DNA of 63,772 nucleotides, the filler included, from Octopus bimaculoides (lineage: Eukaryota), in the NCBI RefSeq assembly GCF_001194135.2. It is 8 parts of 7 records of this genome, joined end to end, with 100 filler letters (N's around TTAATTAATTAA, not from the genome) between each part and the next. Parts side by side here need not be neighbours in the genome. Positions count along the whole stretch, not along the records: positions 26,197 to 52,101 come from NC_068985.1; positions 52,202 to 57,256 come from NC_069001.1; 6 more parts are not named here. One strand, written 5' to 3'. This document shows positions 40,451 to 52,669 of the stretch, one piece after another; within the stretch, counting starts at the first letter, position 1; each line of letters starts with the position of its first letter. Both the position numbers and the translations under genes were made by a program. Below the pieces are notes generated by a model, which was not told the DNA's origin, did no database searches, and saw only the letters and a program-made list of their open reading frames with translations.

Positions 40451-40501
<51 letters not shown>

Positions 40502-40568
40502 NNNNNNNNNNNNNNNNNNNNNNNNNNNNNNNNNNNNNNNNNNNNNNNNNNNNNNNNNNNNNNNNNNN

Positions 40569-40602
<34 letters not shown>

Positions 40603-40820
40603 TGAGTGTATATATTTGTGTGTCTGTGTTTGTCCCCCCAACATCGCTTGACAACCGATGTTGATGTGTTTATGTCCCCGTAACTTAGCGGTTCGACAAA
40701 AGAGACCGATGGAATAAGTACTAGGCTTCCAAAGAATAAGTCCTGGAGTCGATTTGCTCGACTAAAGGTGGTGCTCCAGCATGGCCGCAGTCAAATGACT
40801 GAAACAAGTAAAAGAGTAAA
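40291..40820 (+). mobile_element. SINE family C, full length with internal (TA)n/(TG)n containing an N gap
   Basis: Head caggagtggctgtgtggtaag; CORE-like ggcaccttgggtaag; 3' end cagtcaaatgactgaaacaagtaaaagag. Confidence 0.88.
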
Positions 40821-42127
40821 AGAGAGAGAGAGAGTAAAAGATATGTTACAGAAACATCAGAATTAAAGCCCCCTTCATCAACATGGAACTACCACCTTAT
40901 ATACGACATGACGGACTTCAGAAGACCGGTGAGATATATACATTACAATGTAATATGAAAGCGTAAACTTCATAACTCAAACTGATACATCCGACGTACA
41001 AGTACGACATTTTCTCCTCAGTTTGAGGAGCCGTCACAGTATATTACAATAAAGAGAATAATTCTAGATGGAAAAGCATCAGTCGGCTGCACAACCATTT
41101 CATATAGGACCTCCACAATGATAGTTTTAAAAACAAGAAATTAGAACATTAACAACGGAAATTTCATTAATAGCAAAATTAGTGCAGACATATTTGTGTA
41201 ATTAAAAATTTTGCATCACAAGTATTTGGTTTCGGAATTCAGTCTCATTGCGTAGCATCTAGATGAGGCATCTTCTACTAGAACCTACGACTATAGCTTT
41301 GTCAATGACATTTCATAGATGGAAACTGTGTAGAGACAATTCTGGGTGCCCGTTGCTGTTTTGAATAGTAGATTTATACCGTGGTCCGGTTTAACACCAC
41401 AACTTTTTCGCTTTGGTGCCTTCAGCGGAGTTGACTCTAATTTCGAGCATTCGGGCAGGGGTTTTTCGTTCGAAATTACCTTCTTACTTCATCCTACTAG
41501 CCTGTCCATCCTCCTTCAAGTAAGTCATAAATAGTTTATGATTTAGACTCAAGGGCTGCAGTTTTCAGGAAAGAGGTTTGTCGATATTATCGACTCCAAT
41601 ACTTGACTGATGTTTTATTTCATCAACATTCCGAAAAAAAGGAAGGCAAAGTTTATTCTGGGAAGATCTAAACTCCAAACGCAAAGACATAGAGCAAATA
41701 CTGCAAGGCATTTTTCCAACGCACTAGCAATTCCATCAATCCACCAAGCTGACTAAGTCATGAATAATAAAGTACTAATTGAATATTAGTACATTTATAC
41801 AGTATACTAGTAGTAAACTAATGACAGTTAGTGACTAATGAAAGCAACTTTTATATCAGTAATTGTATTAACAATAACATCATTCCCATGCTTACATGTG
41901 ACGATAGTAGAGTTGATCACTCCGTGCAACATAATGCTTAGAGAGCCCACGAAGCTTTGCTTTTCCGTTTTTGGACATATGATGTCCATATTTGTTGTTA
42001 ACAAATGCTTCTTTCAAATTTCTTCAGTTTTAAGTAAACTAAGTGAAAACTCCAACCAAATGAAAGCTCTGACATTCTCTTTGATTTACATTACTTTCTC
42101 TTTCATTTACAAATGTACATGACGCAT

Positions 42128-42414
42128 ACGTTGTTGTTGTTGGCACTCCGTCGCTTACGACGTCGAGGGTCCCAGTTGATCCGATCAACGGAACAGCCTG
42201 CTCGTGAAATTAACGTGGAAGTGGCTGAGCACTCCACAGACACGTGTACCCTTAACGTAGTTCTCGGGGATATTCAGCGTGACACAGTGTGACAAGGCTG
42301 GCCCTTTGAAAATACAGGTACAGCAGAAACAGGAAGTAAGAGTAAAGAAAGTTGTGGTGAAAGAGTACAGCAGGGTTCACCACCATCCCCTGCCGGAGTC
42401 TCGTGGAGCTTTAG
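42128..42414 (-). mobile_element. SINE family A
   Basis: Reverse complement of the 32119-32498 body; (CAA)n tail. Confidence 0.88.
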
Positions 42415-42829
42415 NNNNNNNNNNNNNNNNNNNNNNNNNNNNNNNNNNNNNNNNNNNNNNNNNNNNNNNNNNNNNNNNNNNNNNNNNNNNNNNNNNNNNN
42501 NNNNNNNNNNNNNNNNNNNNNNNNNNNNNNNNNNNNNNNNNNNNNNNNNNNNNNNNNNNNNNNNNNNNNNNNNNNNNNNNNNNNNNNNNNNNNNNNNNNN
42601 NNNNNNNNNNNNNNNNNNNNNNNNNNNNNNNNNNNNNNNNNNNNNNNNNNNNNNNNNNNNNNNNNNNNNNNNNNNNNNNNNNNNNNNNNNNNNNNNNNNN
42701 NNNNNNNNNNNNNNNNNNNNNNNNNNNNNNNNNNNNNNNNNNNNNNNNNNNNNNNNNNNNNNNNNNNNNNNNTAAATTAATAATCTTGTCAATATTATTA
42801 CAGTTTTTGTAGTCAAATTAAATTTAAAG

Positions 42830-42980
42830 ACGAGCTGGCAGAATTGTTAGCACTCCGGGCAAAATGCTTAGCGACATTTCGTCCGTCTTTACGGTCTGAG
42901 TTTCAATTCTACCGAGGTCGACTTTGCCTTTTTTTTTTCGGGGTCGATAGAATAAGTACCAGATGGGCACTGAGGTCGCA
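42830..42980 (+). mobile_element. SINE family B, 5' part
   Basis: gacgagctggcagaattgttagcactccgggcaaaatgcttagc...gtcgactttgcct. Confidence 0.8.
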
Positions 42981-45139
42981 CTGTCTAAATACCAATCGTG
43001 AGGAATTAGGTTTCTCAAAACCAGAAAGGAAAAAGCTAATTCGAAGACTACAGATCCAATCCATCACGGGAACTGTAACATTCTGTAAAACTTTTCAGAA
43101 GTTTATTATTTAAATATATATGAGCATGTCTAGATATGCAACTATATACCTGAGAATACAAACATAAAGCATACAAATCTCCACATACATACATACATAC
43201 ATGCATGCATACATACATACATACATACATACATACATACTCTGTTGTTGATGTTGAAATTCCGATGAAGGAACCTTTGATCTAGGTTAGAAACCGGTTC
43301 TTTCTCTATTGGCAAGAAATCTTGAAATAAACTGAATAATGACATAAATACATAATATATTATACATATATTAATATGTATTATATTATATTATTATTAT
43401 ATTACCCACACACAAACAGCCGCATACGCACATAACATGGTTCCTCCCTACTGGTAAAAAATATTTTGAAATGTCAAGATCAACAATAAATTGCTTTGCC
43501 CATATTGCTATAACTATATTTCGTGTTGCTAAATTCATCATGTTACCTATAAAAGCATCTCAACAGAATTGTCTTGTACTTCATACAGCTCTCTACCGAG
43601 GTTAAAGTGTAACAAATAAATTTACAGATAACTAATTTAAATACACTTCAGTTTTGCGAAAGGTCTTTTTGTTGTAGCCTCCCTTTACCGAATAGCCTCC
43701 CCTTGGAAATATTACTTTGATGCATATTAGGTTGTTCAAAGTTATTTCCCATCTATAGGATTTATTTATCATTATCCTTTTAATCCAGATATTTATGTTC
43801 TTTTCACAGATCTGATACGTATTGATCTGTTCCATGACGTTTTTTTTTTTCTTTTTGTTAAATAAATTGAATAGGAATTATGAACTGTAACACATTGATT
43901 TCTAATATAGGCATACGGCTTAAGATTTGGGGGAACGGTATAGTCGATTATATCGATTTAGAACTGTATTTATTCTATTGACTTCTGAAAGATGAAGGGC
44001 AAAGCCGACTTCGAGGGTAGTACTTGAACTCAGAATGCGAATTTATACAACTAAATATAGCTATACCATCGATTCTACAATCATCTGTCCTTAATAATCT
44101 TTATAAATTATTTCAAAAACATGTAACATAAATGGGGGACGTGTGAAGACAGCACATTTTCCTTGAACAGAGAAACTGATCAGAATTCTTACAGCAAAAT
44201 AAACTTCCTGACGGCACCTAAAAGCCGAAAAGTGGTGTTTATATTATTATTTGGATTCAAACCAATACTGATAAATTACATCTATGATGAACGATGTTCC
44301 AGTCTTAATTATTTTACCTTTTAATATAACCAGGGTTACATTTTCTAATCTTATGCCTGTAGGATGCAATCAAGGGGTGAAATTCGATTCTTTCTTCTAG
44401 CAGAACAACTTGTTCGGGCTACATCAGCACTACGAAGAAAAAAATATTGCAAACAGTTTCAAGCTGGCAAAACACACTTGAAAGCAAATTTATATTCAGC
44501 CAATAAGAACTGTAAAATAAAACCAGGAAATGAAAATTTCTTATTCTAAATATACTAGACAGAAAATCTGATGAAACTACAAAATGGTAACAAAATGCAG
44601 AGAAAAATATATTCGTGATACACAAGAATATTGAATTCTACCAAAGGCACATTGTCACTCATTTCAGAGATGGAAAGTGGATCGATTCCAGTTCTTGACT
44701 GATACTACTTATTTTATCTACCTCGGAGGAACGAAAAGCAAAGCTCACCTTTGCGAGATTTGAACCCAGAAAGAAAAGTAAATACCAGAAAGTGTTTTGT
44801 ATGCCGCACTACAGATTCTACAATCAACCTAACTCATTAATATTTCATATAAATACTTCTAAAATAATAGATAAATGCATCTAAAGTAATTCTAATGATT
44901 GTATATATTGTATATTAAGTAGCTTTGCATATTAGCTGCATATATCCTTATACATACGACTATAATTATATACAATCCCATACGTGTGTGTGTATGTATA
45001 TTCATGCATCCATACATCCATACAGACTCTCACATTTGTACGTAATAATAAGGACATGATAAGGAATCCATATACTAAATTCTTAAATCAACAAGTAACA
45101 CTAAAGCTCACTATCTAGTTTAAGCAACGAAAAAATCTT

Positions 45140-45221
<82 letters not shown>

Positions 45222-45711
45222 CCCACTTTCTCTCTCCATCCTCATTTCTCATTTGAAAGCATGTGCAATCACAATATTAACTCTTCCTTTTATAAAAAGA
45301 GGTTGTAAAAATTAGTTTGTAGCATTAACTGGCACTCCCGAAATACTTAGAAATTGAAACTGTATTTACATTTTAAAATAAATCAATAACAAGAGGATGT
45401 TGTCTAAAATTAATGTTAATGATTGAGAGACACAATATTCTTTTATTAATCACGAGCTGACCACTCAAATATAATGGACTTAACACATGTTTAATTCATT
45501 AATTGTCAGTTGTTGTTAACAAGTTTTCTTGGACAAACAATATATAGGATGATGATTAATCCACTTCATGTTTAGAGTGTGCACGAAAAAGAACACTGGA
45601 GTCTGTTGAAATTTTGATAAACAACAATTTATTCTTTTCGTACACAATAAATGATCGTTGTTTTTACTACAAATGACAAAACGGTGAGTTCTTGTTCTCG
45701 GAGTAGTTGTA

Positions 45712-46995
45712 CGTATCCAGAAGGTTCGCCACAAATATTTTTGCCGCAGGAAATTCGCATCAGGATTTTTGGTCGTTGAAACGTTCACCGCATAGGAAAT
45801 TTTGCCGCAAGACAAAAGATGAGTTCCCCCCGCCGCCCCATGTTATATAATTATTTCAACCAATAAGAAGGAGTAAAATGATTTCTTAACTCATTGAAAA
45901 TTTCTTTATTCATTCGACAATATTTTTTTGTGCAGCCAACCCATTACAATGATCTATCAAGTGGGAACTAGCAGAGGCGGTGTGAAATTAGTTGATGATG
46001 ATCTTAACTTTGTTTATAGGATAGATAGAAAATTCAAAGAAAAATCAGATTGGAAATGTAAAAATAGAGAATGTAATTACATTTTGAGTTCAAATTCCAC
46101 TTAGGCTAACTTTGCCTTTCATCCGTTGAGGGTTGATAAAATAAGCACCAGTTGAATGTGTAACCAGTTCAGTTGATCATACAACTAGAATGATCATCCA
46201 AAAAACAAAGATCCATTTCCTATAGTTTTTGTTTATCTATATACATCAGCAAATGAGTCAATGAGGTTAATCTGTGCGGTTGTTCAATTTGCTAGAAATA
46301 ACAGCCAAATCTCCCTCACACTATGCTCTAACATTTTAAAAATGAAGCACACATTAAATTATATTGTTCTACATCTTCAATAAAAATACAGAATAGCTCA
46401 TTCTGGCCTGACCCGGATTTGAACTGACAGGCATTCATTGTAACCATTGCGAGTCCCATGAAAAATATATGAAAAATATGTAAAACATTAAGACAATTGA
46501 CGAAAAATATCTACAATAAAATTCTAATTGATAAATATAAATTACCAAAACAAAACATGCAGGTGAAAAGAATCTCGTGGTGTGAAGAATCAACACAACA
46601 TGCAGGTGAAGTGAAACACAACACAAGGTGCGGTTGTCATGGTTACAAGCTGTTAATGCCTCGCTGTTTGTTGATTGGCTAAAATTACCCAAATTTTCCC
46701 AAATTTAAATACAAATGACATCAGATTCTTTAATTTACGATACACCAAAATTGAAAACAATCTGAGCAAAATTGAAGGGGGCTGATTTTGGGAATGAAAT
46801 TAACTAGATCCAATTGCTTTACCTGTTCTTATTGGTTGAAACTATTATGGACCAAGAGGAGCAACTCATATTTTGTCATGGGGCAAAATTGTCTTGGGGC
46901 AAAATTTCCCATGCGGCAAACTTTGCTACAGCCAAAAATTCCTGAGGCGAATTTTCCTGCGGCAAAAAATGTTAACTGCGAACCTTCTTAGAACC
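45712..46995 (+). mobile_element. Non-autonomous Mutator/MULE-like DNA transposon with a FLYWCH-type remnant
   Basis: About 100-bp imperfect TIRs (45712-45814 and 46891-46995); 9-bp TSD GTAGTTGTA at 45703-45711 and 46996-47004; internal TSRGGVKLVDDDLNFVYRIDRKFKEKSDWKCKNREC at about 45968-46075; SINE B fragment nested at about 46078-46165. Confidence 0.75.
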
Positions 46996-47629
46996 GTAGT
47001 TGTAGTCCTCCGACTGTTCATTGCCTTTGCGCTATCAGTTACTGTCCGCCGTCTCTGTTGTTCAATTCCTACAGTGTCTGTCAATGATCTCTCTCTCTCT
47101 CTCTGTTGTATCCCAAAGCTCTCTGTCTTGTAGTCATGGTGTGCCGACCTTTATACTGGTCGATAATCTCAGGAGGAAGCACTCCAAAAGAAACGATCAT
47201 CGTTGTTGGAGCCTATTCGATGCGAAGTCGGGATTTGTCAGTAGGGTTTGCTAGTGAACCCATAGCTGGGACCCTTACAAGTGCTACCACTCCGGGTCAG
47301 AGTAGACCTGGAAACAATAGTAGCTAAGAGGTTGTTCACACTCCTCAGACCCTGAAACCAGGACCCCAGGGTCCCACTACCGGACGTAGTTTATAGTCAT
47401 ACCCAGGACTAAAATTTCCTTAAAATTTGAATTAATCATCAGTAAACACGTATTGTGTGTTAATATTGTGTAATATACAGTATAATATTGTTAATACAGC
47501 AATATTGTGTGCTACTGGATAAGACAGTGTGTCGATGATATTCAGAAAGTTGATTATTTTTTAGGTTGGTCTATACTCTAATTGGTTTTATTCATATAAA
47601 TTTACGATATCACTGATATAATTTGAGAT

Positions 47630-49698
47630 GAAGCGTATTAAGGACAGCAGTGCAGCATTTCAAAAAGAAAAATTAGGGAAGAAAGGCGATATTGAAGGTG
47701 CCATAGTTAAATTTCTCATCAGACCCGATCGTCCAGACGAAATTGGTATTACTGTAGAAGGTCATGGAGATGATGTTATTAATTAAGTACAACTTGAAAA
47801 GAAGATAGAAGATGAAGTTGATGATGCTGATCCATCACAAACAACTGAAGAACAAAACTCTAATATTAATTTGAAAGACATTGGGATGTGGCCTGCTAAG
47901 TTTAATCACGGGGACGATATTCGGGAAATCCTAGTACAACAAGGATCAAAGGCTGTGCAAAAATATTGACTGTGAATTCAAAGAAGTTGTACTTCCAGGT
48001 CAAATAACAAAGCTAAAAGGGGAGACTAGAAAACTGTCAAGAAACTGTTTGTTTTTAACTTTACATAACGGGGGGAAAATCTCGAGAAATTGGATGATAT
48101 ACTCTCCATCGAAAGAAGCCATGTTTTGTTTTTGTTGTAAGCTATTTTCACGTGAAAACTCAAAGTTTTGCTCAGTTGATGGTTTCAAATCTTGGTGAAA
48201 GTTGAATCCTAAGCTACAAGAACATGAATCTAGCCCTGCGCATGAGAATGCGTTCATTCAGGGGAAAGAGCTAGAAATTCGCTTTTCCAAAGACAAGGTA
48301 ATAGACAAAAGAGCAACAAACTCTTGTTTAAATGAAACTAAGACATGGAAGCAAACACTGACTAGATTCTTGGACATAATTATGTTTCTTGCTAAGCAAA
48401 ACCTAGCTTTACGAGGCCATAGAGAAGACATTCGAGTTGAGAAAACAATAGAAGAGCTTGTACAACTGATTGGAAAATTCGACCCAGTGCTTTGTGAACA
48501 TTTGGTTAAAGTAAAAATTGATAAGTTTACAACTTCCTATCTCTCACCAAAAATTCAGAATGAATTTGTGAACGTCTGAGGAGATCAAGTGAGAAAGGAA
48601 GTTATCGATGACGTGAAACAGAGTAAATACTATTGCATTATTTTTTATAGTACTCCAGACATTTTTTATATTGACCAAATTTCTCAGATGAAAAAGAAGT
48701 AAAATTAGAAAAATCCTTTCTTCGTTTTATTGAGATGAAAGGCAAAAATGCTGAGCAAATTACATCAATGCTTCTGAAACAATTAGAAATGGACGACATT
48801 AACATTCAAGACTGTCGTGGACAAGCATTTGATAACGTGGCAGTAATGGCAGGTCATCGATCCGGTGTTCAAGCGCGCATCACAGAAGTTAATCCAAAGA
48901 TTGTATTTGTGCCATGCACCAATCATTCTCTGAATTTAGCAACTGTGCATGCAGCTTCAGTGGGTACAGATTCAGTTATATTTTTTGGCACATTGGACCG
49001 TCTATTTTCATTCTTCGCAGCCTTAACTCATCGATGGGATATTTTGATTGAGATAAGTGGTGCAACTATCAACCGGGTTGGGGAAACGAGATGGAGTAGT
49101 CAAGCAGATGCAGTGAAAGTTGTACATACAAAATTCACGGAAATCATCGATGCGCTAGAATGGTTGATGGAAGATGTGGAAAACGCAACTACGAGATCTG
49201 ATGCAAGTTTAATTCTTCATGCGATGCTCTCATTTTCTTTCTTGCCATTTGTTGCTAGCTGCGAACGGTCCGTTTCTAAACTAAAACTCATCAAGAACCA
49301 CCCTTAGGTCATCGATAAATCAAACAAGTTTGATTGATTTGGCACTACTATCCATACAGCGTGATTTTGCGCATAAAACTAATTATGATGAAGTCATTCA
49401 AGATTTCGGCAAGTGGAAGACACGTAAAATCAATTTGTACATCATTTATTTTTGTAATTCACTCATCTTCTGTGCTTTAACATATTTTTCCAATTATTAT
49501 TTTTTTTTTTTTTTGTATATAAACATAATAAAAGTAAATATGAAGGAAATAAATTGTTGCTACAGTTTGTCTTCTTATTTTGCATACATATATACCTGTA
49601 TTATTCCGTTTTTGACGTTTTTAAATGTCATTAGAACTTTTAAGGAGCAGCCAAATAAACGTCCACCCCGGGCAGCACTTATGCTAAGTACGCCACTG
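47630..49698 (+). pseudogene. Decayed hAT transposase (Tip100/ZMYM-like DUF4371 group) with 3' TIR
   Basis: NWMIYSPSKEAMFCFCCKLF (TTF zinc finger), LAKQNLALRGHRE, YLSPKIQNEF, YCIIFYSTPD (first catalytic D lost), CRGQAFDNVAVMAG..SGVQARI, VPCTNHSLNL, SCERSVSKLKLIK; ends ...TACGCCACTG (reverse complement CAGTGGCGTA); stops and frameshifts. Confidence 0.88.
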
Positions 49699-49949
49699 CT
49701 CAGTGGGAGACATGAAGTTACTGAGCATTTAAAAGTAAATATATTTACTACAACATCTGATTGGCTCTCTCGTATTGCCTATTTCCTCTAGGATTGTGTA
49801 GATGGTATTACTTTGGATAATTCAAAGGTTTTTGAAAATCCTACCCTTCACAGACTGTGGATAGTATCTTTTTGAACTAGAGAAAATAGTTCTTTCAGAT
49901 ATTACATTACAGTAATTTTCAACATATATATATATAAGTTCAAAATCTC

Positions 49950-50180
49950 AAGGGAACTAACCATATCCATGAGGAAGCTGGCCTCTGAACTTGAAGTGGA
50001 GCCCCAAACCATCAGAACAGCTGTAAATGATGACTTCAGCCTCAAGTCCTAAACCAGGAAACCAAGGAATATGCTGAAAGAACCTACGAAGGCCAGGAAA
50101 CTGGAGAGGTGCAAAAACGTTCTTCATGTCTCAAGAAGAACGATCTAATCGTGAAAATAGCTTCCATTTTTTAGAGCGAT
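49950..50180 (+). mobile_element. maT/Tc1-like transposase N-terminal fragment
   Basis: TISMRKLASELEVEPQTIRTAVNDDFSLKS and KARKLERCK. Confidence 0.55.
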
Positions 50181-50199
50181 AAATGGCGAGAAATAATAA

Positions 50200-50425
50200 T
50201 ATATTTATTTCTTTATTGCCCACAGGGGGCTAAACATAGAGGGGACAACCAAGGTCAGACAAAAGGATTAAGTCGATTACATCGACCCCAATGCGTAACT
50301 GGTACTTATTTAATCGATCCCGGAAGGACGAAAGGCAAAGTCGACCTCGGCGGAAATTGAACTCAGAACGTAACGGCAGACGAAATACCGTTAAGCATTT
50401 TACCCGGCATCCTAACGATTCTATA
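50200..50425 (-). mobile_element. SINE family B, well preserved
   Basis: Reverse complement of 28545-28770. Confidence 0.88.
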
Positions 50426-50826
50426 AACACACCCGTTCTTTGGACGGTTTAAGTTGTTTTGGTGGTATTTTTTTCACCAAATAATTGAACTACCGAGAAG
50501 GTTTATGAGTAGCTCGGCAATCTATGTTTCTGATTAACCAAGGAACGGAAAATCAAATTGAAGGCTTGTTATTGTGGAGGCCGTTGCGCTTTGTGATCAT
50601 AGAACATATAAGTTTGCAAGCGATGCAAAGTAGAGCTACCGGAGTATTTTGGGAGTAGACTACGGATAATGACTACAAAATATAGTTGTTTTATATGAAA
50701 GCGAAATTTCTTGTCAAAAATTACACATAAATGGGATAATGAAATTGAAGGACGACGTTCAAACTTCCCCTCTGCGAGTTTATTTTCTTCAACAGCAAAG
50801 GGAGCCATTTTTTCGGATAGATAAGC

Positions 50827-51004
50827 GGTGGAGGTTAAGAATACGCACACCACCCGTTTTCGGCGTAACCCTAATCCTAAAAATAACCCTACACCTTACC
50901 CTAACCCTAATCCTAAGCCCTAACGCTAATCCTAAACCCTAACCCTAATCCTAAACCCTAACCCTAACCCCAAACACTGGGTGTGCGCATTTTTTACCTT
51001 CGCC
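50827..51004. mobile_element. MULE-like MITE with internal degenerate (CCCTAA/TCCTAA)n
   Basis: About 25-bp imperfect TIRs (ggtggaggttaagaatacgcacacc / ggtgtgcgcattttttaccttcgcc); 9-bp TSD TAGATAAGC (50818-50826) / GAGATAAGC (51005-51013), one mismatch. Confidence 0.7.
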
Positions 51005-51424
51005 GAGATAAGCTAACAACAGCCCCTTTATTCTGTCCCCCCACATAGCCTGCGCATAAAGTAACAGTGAATGCTGCATAAAGTAAAATTGGTATGGAGC
51101 TTCCGGAAAGATACGTATAGCTTTCGATAGTGGAAGCTAAACTCTTATTTAAAGGTTGACGTTTTGGGACGAATCAAATGTGTTTGATTTTAAAAGGCTG
51201 GAACGACAATGTTAAAACGTATTTGAAACAATGGACAACAATCGAAATATCATAATGGATGGGTAAATAAGCATCCTTAAGGTGAAACAACGCATTGATA
51301 GGTAAACAAAGATATAAACAAATAAAAGAGAGGTAAGTAACTCAGAGTAGGTAAAAGTAAGCTTGCCAAAGTTTAATGCAGTTTAAATATGGAGATTAAG
51401 ATTGTTTGGTATTGGATATTTATT

Positions 51425-51930
51425 GCGTACAGTGTTCCTAGTCAATTTAATCACCGTGGCAGCTGGAAAGTCGAAATAAATAAAATGACAAAATATTTTC
51501 ACTTCTATAAAAAAATATTAAAAAGGTATGGAAGACATTGCATACAAAAAAAGCTATGGCCATTTACGTCCATTTACGCGGGAGCTTTGGTCAAAATGTT
51601 TAGTGCATGACCATCCATGGGACATAAGTAATGTGTGTGCAAAGTTTGGTGAAAATCGGTTGAGAATTGTGGAAATGTATTCGTTCAGTGTTCCTAATCA
51701 ATTTAATCACCGTCGCTGGTGGACAGTGGAAATAAATAGACAAAATCCTTTCAATTTTATAAAATGATTTAAAAACTATGGAAGACTCTACATACAAAAA
51801 ACTATGTCCATTTATGTGCATTTACGCGGGAGCTCTGGGCAAAATGTTATAGTGCAGGCATCCTTGGGATATAAGTAATCTGTGTATGTAAAGTTTAGTG
51901 AACTGCGGAAATGTATGCGTTAATCATTAT
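51425..51930. repeat. Two about 256-bp tandem units, probably a non-autonomous Helitron/Helentron-like element
   Basis: cagtgttccta.tcaatttaatcaccg recurs at about 51430 and 51686; contains aatgtgtgtgcaaagtttggtgaaaatcggttgag, similar to the DINE-1/Lep1-type core as I recall it. Confidence 0.55.
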
Positions 51931-52201
51931 ACACACATACTGTTTGTTGTGGATTATGGAAGAAGAATTGCGTAATGGTGGTCTGTGACGATTTGTGACA
52001 TTTAATTTTGTTATTGCATATTAAATGCATGTTTGTGTAAGACTACATAAGCGCATTTTATCAACAGCACTCTCTGGATGTTAAGTGAGTGATTGTTTAT
52101 CNNNNNNNNNNNNNNNNNNNNNNNNNNNNNNNNNNNNNNNNNNNNTTAATTAATTAANNNNNNNNNNNNNNNNNNNNNNNNNNNNNNNNNNNNNNNNNNN
52201 N

Positions 52202-52246
<45 letters not shown>

Positions 52247-52605
52247 CTCTCACTCTCTCTTTTTCTTTCCCCATCGCTCTCTTTCTTTCCTCCCCTCTCT
52301 CTCTCTCTCTTTCTCTTTTTCTTTCTCTTTCTCTCACTCTCAGCCAAATGACATAGCTGCCATTGCATATTTTGAAAAATTATAAAACAAGAATTGGCCA
52401 AAAGCCACGAATACCTCATTTACTACTACTACTACTACTACTACTACAGCAGCAGCAATTCCTGCTGCTGCAGCTACGACTACAACTACTTCTACTGCTG
52501 CTACTACTACAACTACTACTACTACAACTACTACTACTACAACTACTACTACTACTGTTGCTATTACTACAACTACTACTACTATTATTAATATTATTAT
52601 TGTTG

Positions 52606-52666
<61 letters not shown>

Positions 52667-52669
<3 letters not shown>

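Noticed and set aside
43255-43305. CCGATGA...GAAACCGGTT hammerhead look-alike
   Set aside because: Stem I does not close, stem II is out of register with the core, and U4 is absent.
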